NCBI RefSeq assembly: GCF_963921235.1
Contig: NC_086106.1
Location: 22,630,001 to 22,694,000 of the forward strand
From: Mobula hypostoma
Taxonomy: Eukaryota
Reading direction: 5' to 3'
DNA length: 64,000 nucleotides
Shown here: positions 24,206 to 38,484 of the stretch, piece after piece
How the letters are laid out: each line of letters begins with the position of its first letter
Position numbering within the stretch: position 1 is the first letter of the stretch
Notes under the pieces: model-generated
What the model was told of the DNA's origin: nothing
The model's database searches: none
Seen by the model: only the letters and a program-made list of their open reading frames with translations
Translations under genes and position numbers: made by a program

Positions 24206-27200
24206 TTGTATGTGGTATACCTACAGATACGGATCGTGAAGAGTAATGCGGTAGTCACAGGGGATTCCATAATCAGGGGAACAGAAAGGAGGCTCTGTGA
24301 GCCTGATAGAGATACCCGCATGGTATGTTGCCTCCCAGGTGCCAGGCTACGGGACGTCACGGATTGGATCCATAATATTCTGATAGGAGAGGGCGAGCAG
24401 CAAGTTGTCTTGGTAAATGTTGGTATCAATGACATAGATAGGAAAAAGGAGGAGGTCTCCCTTTTCGAGCAGTTAGGAAGGAAGCTGAGGAGCAGGTCAT
24501 CCAGGATAGTAATCCCGGAATTGCTATCTGTGCCACGTGCTAGCGAAAACAAGAATTGTAAGATCAGGCAGATGAATGCGTGGCTGAGAGACTGGTGCAG
24601 GGGCAAGGCTTCAGATTCTTGGATCATTCGGATATCTTCTGGGGGAAGTATAACCTGTTCAAAAAGGGCGGGTTACCCGTGAAACAGAGGGGACCAGTAT
24701 CCTTGCGGGAAGGTTTAATAGAGCTGTTACGGGAGGGTTTGAGCTAATTTGGCAGGGGGATATGAACTGGAATGATAGAGCGGAGGAGGGGAAAAACAGA
24801 AATAAATCTAAGATAGTGAGCAGTAAAAATGTCAGGAAAGACAGGCAGTTCATGGGGCAAATTTTCGCCCATCGGGATGAGTTGCAGAGCAATACATTTG
24901 CAATGCAATCAAAGCAAAAAATACCAAATGCTAGTCTTAAGGTGTTATACTTAAATGCACGCAGCATAAGGAATAATGTAGATGATGGTATCGTACAGCT
25001 ACAGATTGGGAGGTATGATATTCTGGCCATCACTGAGACGTGGCGAAAGTGTATGTCTCTGGGAGCTGAAAGTCCAAGGATACACGGTGTATCGGAAGGA
25101 TAAGCAGGTAGGTGTAGCTTATTTGTTATGAAATAATATTAAATCATTAGTAAGAAGTGACATAGGATCGGAAGGTGCAGAATCTTTATGGGCTGAGCTA
25201 CGATATCGCAGGGTTAAAAGGACCCTGATGGCAGTTAGATACGGGCCTCCTAAGAGTTGCTGTGATGTGGACTACAAATTCCAAAGGGAAATAGAAAAGG
25301 TTTGTCAGAAGGGCAGTATTATGATAATTGTGGGGGATTTTAACATGCGAGTGTATTGTGAAAATGAGGTCGGCACTGGACCTCCAGAGAGAGAAGTTGT
25401 AGAATGTCTGCGAGGTGAGTTTTTAGAATAGCTTCTTGTTGAACCCGTTAGGGGATCGGTTGTCCTGGATTCGGTGTTGCGACATAAACCAGAGGTGATG
25501 AGAGAGATTGACTTGAAGGAACCCTTGATGGGCAGTGTTCTTAACATGACTGAGTTCACTGTGAACTTTGAGAAAGAGAAGCCGAAATCCGATGTGTCGG
25601 TATTTAAGTGGAGTACGGGAAATTACAGTGGCATGAGAGTGGAACTGCCAGTTTGGACTGCTGGCGGAAGGAACAATAGAACAGAAGTGGCTTGAGTTTA
25701 TGCAAGAAGTGAAGAAGGTGCAAGACAGATGTATTCAAAAAAAGAAGGAATTTTCCAATGGGAAAAGATTACAACATCGGCTGACAAGATAAGTCAGAGG
25801 CAGAGTTAAAGCAAAGGAAAAGGCATACAATGAAGCTAAAATTAGTGGGAAGACAGAGGATTGGGAAGTTTTTAAAAGCTTACAAAAGGAAACTAAGAAG
25901 GTCATTAAAAGGGAAAACATAAAATATCAAAGGAAGTTAGCAAATAATATCAAAGAGGATACTAAAAGCCCGTTCAAGTATACAGAGAGTAAACGACAGG
26001 TGAAAGTAGATGCAGGACAGATTGAAAATGATGATGAAGAAATTGTAATGGGAGAGAAAGAGATTGCGGAGGAACTGAACGAGTACTTTGCATCAGTCTA
26101 CAATGAGTAAGACATCAGCAGTATACCTGACACTCAAGGGTGTCATGGAAGAAAAGTGTGTGCAGTCAAAATTACGAGAGAGAAAATATGCGGGTAGCTG
26201 AATAGTCTAAGGGTAGATAAATCTCCCGGACCAGAAGGAATGAACCCTCGTGTTTTGAATGAAGGAACTCTATAGATTGCGGAGGCATTAGCAATGATCT
26301 TTTAAACGTCAATAAATTCTGGCATAGTTCCGGAGGACTGGAAGATTGCAAATGTCTCTCCGCTGTTTAAGAACGGGGCAAGGAAAAAAAATGGAAATTA
26401 TAGACTTGTCAGCTTGACGTCGGTGGTTGGGAAGTTGTCGGAGTCGATTGTCAGGGATGAGGTTACGGAGTACCTGGAGGCATATGACAGGAGAGACAGA
26501 ACTCAACATGGTTTCCTTAAAGGAAATACCTGCCTGACACCTATTGCAAGTTTTTGAGGAAAATGCATGTAGGCTGGACAAGGGAGATGCAGTGGATGCT
26601 GTATATTTGGATATTTATAAGGCGTCTGATAAGGTGCCACACATGAGGCTACTTAACAAGATAAGAGCCCACGGAATTACGGGAAAATTACATACCTGGA
26701 TAGAGCGTTGGCTGTTTGGAAGGAAACAGTGAGTGGAATTAAAGGGATCGTATTCTGTTTGGCTGTCGGTTAGCAGTGGTGGTACACAGGGGTCCGTGTA
26801 CGGTCCCTTTCTGCTTAAGTTGAACATCAGCGATTTGGATAATGGAATGGATGACTTTGTGGCTAAGTTTACTGATGATATGAAGATAGGTGGAGAAGCC
26901 GGTAGTGCAGAGGAAATAGAGAGTCTGCAGAGAAACTTAGATAGATTGGGGAAATGGGCAACGAATTGGCAAATGAAATACCATGTTGGAAGGTGTATGG
27001 TTATGCACTTTGGCAGAAGTAATAAACGGGCAGATTATTATTTAAATGGGGAGAAAATTAAAAGTTCTGAGATGCAACAGGACTTGGGAGTCCTTGTGTA
27101 GGATACCCTTAAGGTTAACTTCCAGTTTAAGTCGGTGGTGAAGAAGGCGAACGCAATGTTGGCATTCATTTATTGATAAATAGAGTACTGAAGCAGGGAT

Positions 27201-27790
27201 GTGATGTTGAGGCTCTATAACGTACTTGGAAGACCTCACTTGGAGTACTGTGGGCAGTTTTGGAATCTTTATTTAAGAAAGGAACTGCTGACCTTGCAGA
27301 GTGTTCAGAGAAAATTCACTACAATGATTCCGGGAATGAGAGGATTGTCAACTGAGGAACGTTTGTCCGCTCTTGGACTGTATTCCTTGGAGTTCAGAAG
27401 AATGAGGGGGTACTTCATAGAAACATTTCGAACATTGAAAGTCATGGACAGAGTGAATGTGGCAAAATTGTTTCCCATAGCGGGGGAGTCTCGTACGACA
27501 GGGCGTGACTTAAGGATTGAAGGGCGCCCATTCAGAACAGAAATGCGAAGATTTTTTTTTTGTTTGTTTTTCTTTTAACCAGAGGGTGTTGAATCTATGG
27601 AATTTGTTGGCACGGGCGGTAGTGGAGGCCAAAGTGATTGAGTGTATTTAAGACAGAAATTGATAGGTATCTGAGTAGCCAGTGCATCAAAGGTTATGGT
27701 GATAAGGCGGGGTTGTGGAACTAAATGGGAGTATTGATCAGTTCATGATAAAATGGCGAAGAAAACTCGATGGGCCGAATGGCCGACTGC
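24206..27790 (+). mobile_element. Near full-length but decayed CR1 LINE (ORF1 esterase, ORF2 endonuclease + RT, 3' UTR)
   Basis: VVTGDSIIRGTERRLC..VCCLPGAR..VGINDI; KVLYLNARSIRN; IIVGDFN; DKVPHMRLLNKI; KFTDDMKIGG; RPHLEYCGQFW. Many stops. Confidence 0.93.
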
Positions 27791-27924
27791 TGCTCCTCTT
27801 ATAGTCTAATAGTGCGGTTTGATCTTTGTATAATTGAGCCTTAATTGTACTCCATTTTCGGCAGGGCACTGCAGTGTTGCTTCAGTGTTGTTTTATCTAG
27901 GTGATGCTTAATGGTTCAGTCTGC

Positions 27925-30900
27925 TGTTTTTGGGGAGTGAATATTGCCAGATCCCCATCTGTTACGCTGATAAAGAGAAGACTGCAGTTCCAATAGATGA
28001 CCCAGGGCATATCGAACGCCCCTGTAACCTTCCACTGGGTCGTGTAGAAAACGCTGGAGGATATGAACTTGCTTGGGCTATTACTGTATCAGCATAACTC
28101 ATACTGTTTGATTCCACCTTGGATGAAAAAGAAGCGAGACTACTGAATGTGTTGGGCCGCCTGAAAGCTGAAGTTTTTAACTTTCCCTGGTCAAGTACCA
28201 GTTCTATACGACATCTACCAGGTATGTTACGGACATAGTCTAATGAAATGAGTCGCTACCGATCTGCCTAAGATAAAGGCCAGGGCTCCAAAACGTGAGT
28301 GCTTTTCTATCGTTCCGTGGGTTTTGTGGGTACTATCGAAGGTTCGTGAAGGGTTACGCGAAGGTGATTCACCCATTCACCCAGTAAATCAGCTTCTGTG
28401 TAGTTACCTTCCCTTGGGAAAGAAAGGGAGGATAACAAAAAGAGAAGAGGGGCAAACATGTCTTAGCATTTCTGAACCTTCTGGAACAAGTTGCATTTGC
28501 GAAATGAGAAGATGCCTTTCATTCGCTGAAGGAGCAGGCGCCTGTGTTGGCTTTTACAGATCCACTATTGCAGTATGCAATGCATACTGATGCCAGTAGA
28601 GAATGCTTAGGGGATGCCCTGTATCCGGAACAAGGCATCTGTTTTATACCTGTTGCGTTTGTCAGCTGGAGTGTTTCGCCCCCTAAGAAAACATATTCCA
28701 TGCGAAATTTGGAGTTCCTGATATTGAAATGGGCTGTGGTGCATAAGTTGAGTGACTACCAGCATATTGCCAGACTTGAGGTGAGGACGGACAGCAATCA
28801 GATCCCCTAACTTATATAAATAAATCATCGAAATTGGCTATCGGTGGTTGTAGGAATAGTCTGCCTATGATTTGATCCTGATGTACCGGCCGGGAAGTCG
28901 GTACATTGAGGCTGATGCTATTTCCCCATGTGCGCCGAATGGGCTGGACATGCACGGAGGGTCTGAGAGCGCCCCGTCCCGGATGTCATAGCCATTTGCC
29001 AGTTTCTAATCACAGTGAAGGCAGAATAAAAGCAAGGGCAAGATCGACCACTAGATCAATGGGCAGCTACTGATGTCTCAATTCCACAAGCTTACTGTAA
29101 CCTGACCGTTCTTAAGACAAACAAGTTACCGCACTTGAGTCCTGGGGAAGTGGCAGCTGCTCAGAGAGATGACCCGGGCATCGAGCAGGGAGACATTCCT
29201 CAAGTGGGGAAGACGAAATACTCTGCGGTGCCTCCATAACTGAGATAATGGACCAGACTGGGGTTTGCTTAAACAGATCCTATACCGGGCCACGTCACCG
29301 CCGTCCCGGTCTCGGCGTTCCCAACTGGTTCTGCCTGAGAAATATCGAGGTTTGTGGTGAAGTCTCTACATGTTGATTGTGGATATTTGGGGGGGCGGGG
29401 GGTGGGTCGAAAAGACCCAGGGAATGCTCAGATATCCGTTCTACTGGCCCTGAATGAAGACGGAGGTCGAATAGTATTCGTGCAAGTCGTTCATTTGGTG
29501 CATAGGAAGGAAGGCACTGCCTATGGTGGCCGCTCGTTGTCTCTCGTGCAGACTGAGCGGCCCCTTGACTTAGTGTGTATGGCTTTGCTGTCAATAGAAA
29601 TATGCGCAAACCTAACTACCAGGGATCAGAAGGCGTCCGCGATGGCCAAAGTGTTATGGGAGACGTATTTAATTTATTATTTAATCCCCGGGCTGGTACA
29701 TAGTGCTCCGCTACGGTATTTCCAGAGCATGCTCAAGCATGAGTTACTGAGCAGGCTTGGCGTCGAGAGGTCGACGATTACACCTTAACACTTGCAATGT
29801 GATCTGTAGCCCGAGAAGTTTAATCCGACCTTACTGGACATGCTCGGATCATTGGAAATCAGCAAGAAGAAGAAAATGGCGTCAAGATGTTAGACATTTG
29901 TTCCGCTGCTCCAACTGTAAGCGAAATGAAGCTACCGGGTACTCGCCACATTACCTGATGTTTGGGCGCGACGCACGGTTGCCCGTCGACCTTTGTTTTG
30001 TGACTGGCCAGGAAAACCTACCACCGAGTAAGTATCTAAAATATGTGTCTGATACGAGAAACGAGTTGACCAAGGCTTATGAATTAGCCGAGGTTGCGAC
30101 TGCCAAGCACAATCAAGTAAATAAGACGAGGTATGATCTAAAGGTTAGGGTCTCCCAAATCATGCCGGAAGACCGAATGCTCATAAGGAATTTGGGGCTA
30201 CCTGGGAAGCATAAGTTGGCTGTCTCCTGGGCAGATGCGCTGTATGTAGTGGAGAGTCAGATGCCAAACATACCAGTTTTCTGGGAGAAAGCAAACAGTG
30301 GAAAGGAACCTGCGAAAATTCTCCATCTGCATCGCAACCACCTTCTGTCTCTGGGACAAATGGTGCGGTTTAACCCAAAGGCTGACCTGGAGCTTTCACC
30401 TGCTAAGAGTACTCTGTGGCGGCGCGGAGCGAATGAACGATCTGGAGCAGGTGAGATTCGACCGGCCCCTGCCCCGAATGGGATACGGACTAAAAAGATG
30501 AGGAAATGGGAGTGACGCATATACTGCCTTTTGCTAACGCCCCACTAATTAAGGAAGGGATTCCCAACCCTTCTCGGGATAATCACTTAAGATCAGGAGG
30601 GATATCTGTGGACAGACTGAGTTTCAGCGTGACCATGAAAGGGATGAAGCGGGGCTCAGCCAAGTGGCAGAGGGCATCGTGTTGCAGGAGGGCATGAGTG
30701 GTAGATCTGGTGAGGCCTCACCATTTAGACCAGATGTATCCCAACAGGTATCCAATCCTGAAGAAGTAGATGACGGGGTAAGGAGGTCTGAAAAATCAGG
30801 AGATAACCTGATAGGTTGGCCTATGTAACACCGGGGGAACAGAGTATGTCACCTATCGCATTGGTTAGCCATGTCACTGCCATTTACACCTGGGTTGTAC

Positions 30901-31500
30901 TTTGTGCTTTGTATGAAAGGGTGGAAAATAATCGCAATTGCCTGAGGACAGAATTAATTTTGGTAGGTGGAGAGCGTAACACCCTGCGAAATGTTTCATT
31001 GCTCACGTAATGTTCTTTCGGTAGAAGGAGACTTTGGATAATGGTTAGAGATAACGGGTGCTACGGTTGTGAGCGGTCCAATAAAGAGAGTATGTTTTCG
31101 TGTTGAGTACCTGACACCGGGATGAGCTGCGTCTTTTATTCGCGGGAGATGAAGGGAGAAGACGCTTGAAATAAAATGTCATAGCACTCGGTCCCGAGGG
31201 GGGCAATGAATCGACGATGCCTGGGGAGATCAAGTTTCGATCGGCAATGGGAAAACCGTACAATCCAAATTGTGCACATTAGATTGTTTCATTAAAATAG
31301 GACCTTTTTTTTTGATTTTTGTTAATTAACCCTTTAGTCAGATGAAGTTTTAAAAGCGAAATGTTTTGATTACATGCAATGTACTGTCTGTTATATCGTG
31401 GCAATTGTAACACTGTAAATAATCATGCAGCATCCACACAAAGAGGGGCTTTCGGGGTGTGCTTGCACCTGAATCTCAAACGTTTGACGGGGCCGTGATT
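27925..31500 (+). mobile_element. Decayed Ty3/Gypsy pol (order RT-RNaseH-integrase), polypurine tract and LTR remnant
   Basis: YCQIP..DKEKTA and MTQGI..P.TF RT remnants; LAFTDPLLQYAMHTDASRECLGDAL..EFLILKWAVVHK (RNaseH); NEATGYSPHYLMFGRDARLPVD (integrase C-terminus); cccgagggggggcaa at ~31194. Confidence 0.88.
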
Positions 31501-31519
31501 GTCTTCTCTAGACTTACGC

Positions 31520-32880
31520 AGCTGACTGAATCAAAGGGTTTCAGAAAGGTCACTCCGCTCTTCAAGAAGGAAGAGAGGCGGAATAATGGAAATTATAGAC
31601 AAGTCAGTCCGACAACAGTGGCTAAGAAGATGTCGGATTCGATTGTTAAATATGTGGCTTCCCGCTACTTGGAGGCACATGATAAACGAGGCAGTAGTCA
31701 GCATGGCTTCAGCATGGGGAAATCTTATCTGACACATCTGTTGGAATTCTTTGTAAGTATAACAAGCAAGATAGACAAAGGAGAATTGTCTAATTTGGAG
31801 CATTTGGATTTTTACAAGGCATGTGAATAGGTGTCACCTAAGGCTGCTGAATCAGTTACGAGCCCATGATTCTATCGCACACATTGAGACCTGGATAAAC
31901 AGTGGCTGACTAGCAGAAAAGAAAGAGTGGGGGTATCGGGAGGACTTTCTGTTCATCTGCCGCTGAATGGTGGTGCTCCACAGAGGATTGTCTTGCGACC
32001 GATTGTTTTTACATTAAATGTTTATGCTTTAGATTATTGAATTTTCTTTGCTGGGAAGTTTGCAGACAATACGAGAGCAACTGGTATGTCAGGTGACTTT
32101 GAGGAATTAGAGAGGCTAATTGAGAATCTTGACAATTAATTGAAAGCACAAAGAGGAGACATTTGATCTATAACGTCGGGAGCGGGAAAGATAATGAAAA
32201 GATTGACTGTTTTCAGAATGGAGAAATAATATAAAACATATGGGGGGCCAAAGGAAATGGGGAGTGATTGTGCATGATTCCCGAAAGGTTAATTTTCAGG
32301 TTGACACTACGATGAGGAAGGCCAATTAGAATTTAGCATTCATTTCAAGAAAACTAGCATAAAAAATAAGGATGTAATCTTGAGACCTTTTAAAGCACTG
32401 GGGAGGCCTCACTGGAGTATTGTGAGACGGATTATGCCCTGTATCTTAGAAAGCAAAGGATGTGGTGAAAGTGAGGAGAGGTCAAAGGTGGTTCACGAAG
32501 ATGATTGCAGGTTATAATGACTTGCCATATGAAGAGTGTTCAATGACTATGGGTTATATTAACAAAAATTCTAAAGAACGAAGGGTAATCACATTAAAGT
32601 CCCTCGAACACTGAAAGAACTTGATAGAATGCTTGGGAGAGGCTGGTTCCCTTGCTAGGCCAGTTTAAGACCAGGGACACAACGTCAGAATAAAAGGCAA
32701 ACTCTTAGAAAGGATAGAAGGAGGAATTTATTTCACCAGAGAGTCATGAATCGTTGTAAATATTTGCCAGGGGCCGCCATGGAGGCCACAACTTTAAGTA
32801 TGTTTGGAGCAAACGTTTACATAACACAGATTAGTCAAAATGGAGAAAACAGTAGATTGGGACAGAGAAGAAAATTGAAA
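31520..32880 (+). mobile_element. Decayed CR1 RT and 3' end
   Basis: VTPLFKKEERRNNGNYRQVS..QHGFSMGKSYLTHLLEFF..LDFYKA; aagtttgcagacaatac; gaggcctcactggagtattg. Confidence 0.85.
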
Positions 32881-33199
32881 TGGGGCAGCAGATTCGATGG
32901 GAAAATACCCCAATTCTACTCCTAATCTTCACAGCAGAACAGCGGAGACGTTATAACTGTAAACGATATGTTGCAAATAAAGTGGACAATATCAAACCCG
33001 AAGCGCCACTATTCAAGAGAATTCATGTACATACTAGGACATCAAGCAAACTGAGGATTTGGTCCAATTGTTTGAGGCTGGCTTGTTCTATGCTTAAACC
33101 AATGACTGTGGTTAAGAGCTTGTTTTAAATATGCGGTAGGTGATAAGTTGTAACCTTGTTGCCATTAACTCATCTTTGCTATTCGCAAACTTATAGTTC

Positions 33200-34080
33200 C
33201 TTACTTATGATGGCCAGATAAGACACGGAGTTAGATTTCAGTGTAGGCAAGCGACATGTGATGCATTTCAGGACGGTGTATCCCGCTTGGAACTACCCAG
33301 TATTTGATAGATTGAACTCTGTTGAATAGAAGCAAGTGGGGAAAATAACAGAGTATGCTTCCTTGGAAGTGGTGACAGAGGTGGATTGACTGAAAAAAAA
33401 GCACATGTCTTGTTAGCTATCAGCTGATTCGATATTGAGATCAGAAGATGGTACCACTGTAATAAATGGACGACCGCACCAATATTTCGTGAAGTTCTAG
33501 TCGCCATAATTGGAAGATGCAAGAAAGACTTACAAGCATGTTCAAAGAAACGTGATGTCAGCGTTATTAGGAGAGATTGGATGGGCTGCGTTGAAAATAC
33601 AGTTCAGTGATTTTTTTGAAATTCAAGCATGCACATTTTTTTCGGTGTGAGTGGTGCATTAATGTATAACGAATATATGATGTACATGATTTACATTCGG
33701 ACGTTTAAGAAGGTTCAGATATGTACCCTCATCCGCAAAGGCTTCTGTCTTGGCATTGAGGTAATCTTGGATTCAGAATTGCCATCCCTACACGAATCTC
33801 AGTCTGGAAATATACAGAGTACTGGAGAAATGGGGAATGAGGCACAGGGACAGAATAGAGAAGCGACATTTTAGAACGAAGACGAGGATGAATTTCTTTA
33901 GCCCAAGAGCCGTGAACCTGTGGATAGATTAAAGGCAGAATTTGATAGATTCTTGATTGTCCAGGGCGAAGGGGATATCGGAAGATGGCAGAAGATTGGG
34001 GTTGAGAGGAGATATAGAGCTACCACTCTGAAATGTCAGGCACTCTGTGGCCGACACGTCTTAATTGTCCTCCTATATCT
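33200..34080 (+). mobile_element. Very decayed CR1 3' fragment
   Basis: CR1-like gtgatgcatttcagg, gaggatgaatttctttagccc, ggatagattaaaggcagaatttgatagattcttg. Confidence 0.55.
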
Positions 34081-34099
34081 TATGGAATTTTCTCTTAAT

Positions 34100-34680
34100 T
34101 ATCCTCTGCAGTGTTTCAGGTGCAGCATTGCAGACGGAGACTCGGCGGAGATTATGGGACCGCCTTGTTGTACATTTTTTTTTGTCTGCAACAGGAAGAT
34201 CGTTATTATATTCCATGCATTTTAATTTCACTCCGGAACTCTTTTCAACATATCGTCCATGCTATCATGAGGCAACATGCTATACTAAGTGTAGCTAGTC
34301 TCTAACGTGATGACATGAACATCGATTTCTCCAACCTCCCTTATTTTTTTTACTCTAAGTGCCAGTCACTCCATGCATTTTCTCCATTTCTGGCTTTATC
34401 ACCCTTCTCTTCTCCACACCTACCTATCACGAATCTCAGCTGCTGCTTCTCCTTCCCTGCCAGCCATGTCCCTTATTCTTTCTTAACTGTTTTCTTCTAC
34501 ATCAGCACATTGCCTTCTCTACATACGATCTCCCAACATCTCAGTTCATTCCCCCTCACATACCATCCTTCCTTCACGCCACCTGGCCTCACCTGCATCT
34601 TCTACGGTGTACTTCCACTCCCATTTACCATGTTATGTTTTCTTCTTTGTCATCCTATCCAGTCAGGAGGACCTGTCGAC
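34100..34680 (+). mobile_element. Decayed Penelope-like 3' fragment
   Basis: ETRRRLWDR and atgaacatcgatttctccaac match the GIY-YIG tail at 20093-20380; a C/T-rich tail follows. Only ccagtc..gtcgac remains of the hammerhead. Confidence 0.65.
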
Positions 34681-34788
34681 AATATCATGCATTTGCTGTA
34701 AAAATCAGAAGCGATTACCACTGCTCTCAAAATCGATACCGGCGTTTTAAAATGAATTCTTCTGACTGATAACTCGTATATGGAATAA

Positions 34789-34960
34789 ATGAGTGACGTC
34801 ATTTTGTCCGACGTTTTTGAAAGAGGCTTCAGTGCAGTGAACAGTATAATCACAAAACAGAGGAACGACTTGGACATTGTTACCAGTGGGGAATTAAGGC
34901 TTTTGTATCACAGCCTGCACCAGATATTTCAAGTCTTGCTTTATAAAAACATCAAGCTCA
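34789..34960 (+). mobile_element. hAT transposase C-terminal dimerisation-domain fragment
   Basis: VFERGFSAVNSIITKQRNDLDIVTSGELRL resembles the hAT motif ERGFS..KKRNRL..GDLRL. Confidence 0.7.
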
Positions 34961-36238
34961 ATGACACCATGATATCCAGGGTGCTACACTGAGCAAAAGT
35001 ACTGGGTAAACTCAGTTTAAAGACAATGAAAAACAACATACAGCACAATATTTTTTTTTCATGTTCGCAACGGGTCCACATGTTTTACCGGAGAGTAAAT
35101 GTCGCCTGAGAGGGGTGTTGGCAAGTATGAACGCGCTTTAGTAGGGCGTTGGGCCAAAAGCGCCGATAAACACTGATCTCGATGGTTCAGAAATGAGCAT
35201 ACGGATAGGAAGATGGCAATTGCTGTCTACCAGTTTCATCTCTAGCGAAATGCTTACGGGAGCCCATGTTTAATTATCCGCGAAATTTAATGATTATAAA
35301 TCACCCATATACGGTTAGTGTATTCTCAGTTTTTTGCTCCTAGAACACTTTGACCGAGGGATTTTCCGAACAAAATGTGAAAGCGGATATACTGTAGTGC
35401 TGAACTATATTTACTGAGCGATATATTCGGTTTATTTTCGCATTTTGTGTATCTTCTAGAAACACAGGAGGCACCCTATCAAAAGAACAAGGAAACAACA
35501 TATAAAATAATGTATGAGGGCAGTGAATAAAATATACATCATCAAGTGTTCAAAAACAGTGCATCCACTTTATTCATTCCGGTATCTTTTGAATGAACTA
35601 ACCAGCAGATGTTCATTAAGGCCACCACAATGAGGCAAAATCGGAATGGAGGAAACTCTTTCATCTGTCACAGGCTACGAATAAGTTTGCAGAAGACGTT
35701 GGTACCTCAGAAACGTCTTTTCATGGCTCAAACAAAATCCTGGATGAACATAGAGTACTACTGTCTTATGGTCTGTAACATCAGCTCTCATGAGAAGGAA
35801 TCTATGAAATATCACCCTCCTCTAGATTTGACACCAGGCCAGAACACATCAGATGCCACATAGTCAGGGTGTGTGCTCACTTGCTCACTGGTGTCTTCAC
35901 GTACTTTTTTTTAACTCAGTCTGGTTTCAGTTCATCCACTATTATCGTAGTAGCATACAGCGCAAGTCTTTGAAACAAAACGAATAAACGAATATTGCCC
36001 GGGAGCCAATAGTAATTAACTGCTTCGAAAGAAATAGTGCATATCAAAATCTCCATTTGTGCGATATTGGACACTAATCATGGCTTTTATTGACAGAACC
36101 GCTCTACCTTGGGAGGTATTAAAAGGGCCCCGATACACTAATATTTGGATCGACGTTGACAAAAGAAGGCTCGTCAGAGTGGCTTCGCTGTTTGGTTGAA
36201 CACGTGTAACCAATCATCAAGTTGTTCGATAAAGCTAC

Positions 36239-36832
36239 TGTAACGTTCCGTTATGTTGGCTCGTATATGTCTAGGGGAAATCGCACCCAGCACCTGTCTC
36301 AACACTCCCCATAGCGTCGGTCGCCGCCCGAATCAATCCCAAACATCAATCATCAGCCAGCGCACCCAGTACACTTTAACAGTTACACTTTATAGATGTT
36401 ACTAATTCTATGACCTTAATATAAATTTGATACAGAGAGGAATGTAATGAAAAAAAAAGGCGCCAAGACTTATCAAAGTCCAGGTTCTTCGCGCGCTACC
36501 GTTGGAGCTCAATCTGTTCCTGACGACCACCCGAATCCTGTCGACTCACGGCTCGGAACCACCCGGAGTGATGGACCGGAGCCTTTCCGCACGTCCACCG
36601 TCCTCCCCGTCTGTCTTCCGACTCCCCGCCAAAAACACCGGTCCACAGTTATATGAGACAGTATTGTATCCGAATACAAAACGATACATGACCACCCATT
36701 GGTTAATAGCATCCTGCTATCTATAATAACCCAAGCAACTGTCTAGTTAGAAACTGTCTCAGCATTCCTCAGTATAACATAACAAGAGAAGCCATTTTAA
36801 ATTTAACAAAAAGAAAGACCCCGTACATTACC
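36239..36832 (-). mobile_element. Probable solo LTR (~0.6 kb)
   Basis: TGTAACG start and CATTAC(C) end; internal organisation like the 38786 LTR (tttatt-type block, GC-rich core). No TSD found. Confidence 0.55.
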
Positions 36833-37392
36833 ATGAAAATTGATGAAGTCCAGGCAATGGATTTTGCCTACAATGTCCTTAGCAAGACCGTTGACGAAGT
36901 CCCGCATGGAAGGTGGTTAATAAGGTTCCATCGCTCGACAATCAGGATGAGGTATTAAAATTGGATAAGGCATTGGCTTTCTCGGAGAAGCCATAAAGTG
37001 ATCCTAGATGGTTGTCTCTCTGACTGGAGCCCTGTGATTACTCCAGCACAGCTGGTTTATTGTGTGTTATCTATATCAAAGTTTTGGATGTTAATGTACC
37101 TAACTGGATAAGCATATTTGCGGATGACAACAAGACTGGATTCTAAAGGAAAACTGCAAAGGATATCATGGTTTGCAGGGAGATTTAGATCAGTTGGAAA
37201 ACTGGTCCGACAAGCTGCAGACCGGCACGAGGCGTTGCACATCGTTAGCAGCATGTAACGTAATACTAACAGCGAACAGTACGGAACTGAGGACAGTGTG
37301 AGCAAAGGATTTTTTTTATTATTATAGGTCCATAATTAGTTGAAAATGGAGTTACAGGTAGGCAGGAGCGTAAACAATGCTTTTGGCATATT

Positions 37393-38484
37393 TGTCATGG
37401 GGACGGGTCGTTGGGAACGGACCCAAATGCAAGGCACCGACACTGACATACAAGGAACCGTACTGGGAGTGTCAAGAAGGCAAGGGAAGACAGGAGGAAA
37501 CGATGCTGGACATTGACATAGACTCTGGAGGAGACAAGAATTCAGGGTCTGGGCTAGGACTCGGAGAAGAGACACGGGACCTGGACGTGGAACTAGGAAG
37601 AAGATACTGGGCTTGGTCTCCGAGCTAGAGATTGGGCAAGGACGCAGAACCCGGGTCTTGAGTCGGGCTCGGACCCCAAGGCACATGGACCAGACAAGAA
37701 CACAAAGACGTGGCTTGGACAACTCAAGGTTCTTGGACGTGACTAGAACAGGATGAGACCCCGAAGCCTTAACTTGGTCGAGGAAGAGACAGGAACACAG
37801 ATCATTTGTCGAGCGAGAGACAGTAACGCAAAGCCTTGATCGAGAGAGAGAAAGGAACATGGAACACAGAGCCGGGACCCCTCCTTTGGAACAGGACAAA
37901 CGGCCGGGACTCATACACAGAATACACAGTACGGCAAAACGGTTCCCTAACACAAGGTAACGGCAGACAGCCGGACGTACCTGGCGAAGGCATGGACACA
38001 GAGTCAGATCCCAACACTAGGTAGTGGCAAAGGGCCAGACCTACCGAGTGACGGCGTGGACACAGAGGCAGTTGAAACTAACGGTAGAGAGTTCTTTATC
38101 TTGCTCTGGCGGTTGAACTTGACAGCGGTGCAGTCGAAGTTTGCAGACGAGTATTACAAACGAGACAAGGCGCGACAAGCCTTCAGACGAGACAGGCAAG
38201 GGAAGGCTTCAGACGAGGCAAGGCGAGGCAAGGCTACAGACGAGGCAAAGCAAGGCAAGGCAAGGCGTCAGACGAGGCAAGGCAACAGAAGGAAGGGGAA
38301 GGGAAGGGTTTCAGACAGTGCGTTTGGACAGGAAAAATCCCGCAGCCAGAGGCTGAATCCTGAAACTATTAATGAAGCCAGCCTAAACGAGAATCAGCTG
38401 CCTCAACAGAATCGGGAGACAACTGGAAATCCTGGAATAACGAACATGGACCGGATGTGGATTTCATAAAACCGGACCATGACA
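37393..38484 (-). mobile_element. Solo LTR of the same family as 16977-18418, 1092 bp, 5-bp TSD ATATT
   Basis: TGTCATGG..CCATGACA termini; ATATT at 37388-37392 and 38485-38489; same gacgaggcaagg repeats. Confidence 0.9.

Noticed and set aside
35700-35790. SWLKQNPG and EYYC V-like words close together on the + strand
   Set aside because: Different frames, only ~15 nt apart instead of ~150, and no RSS or leader.
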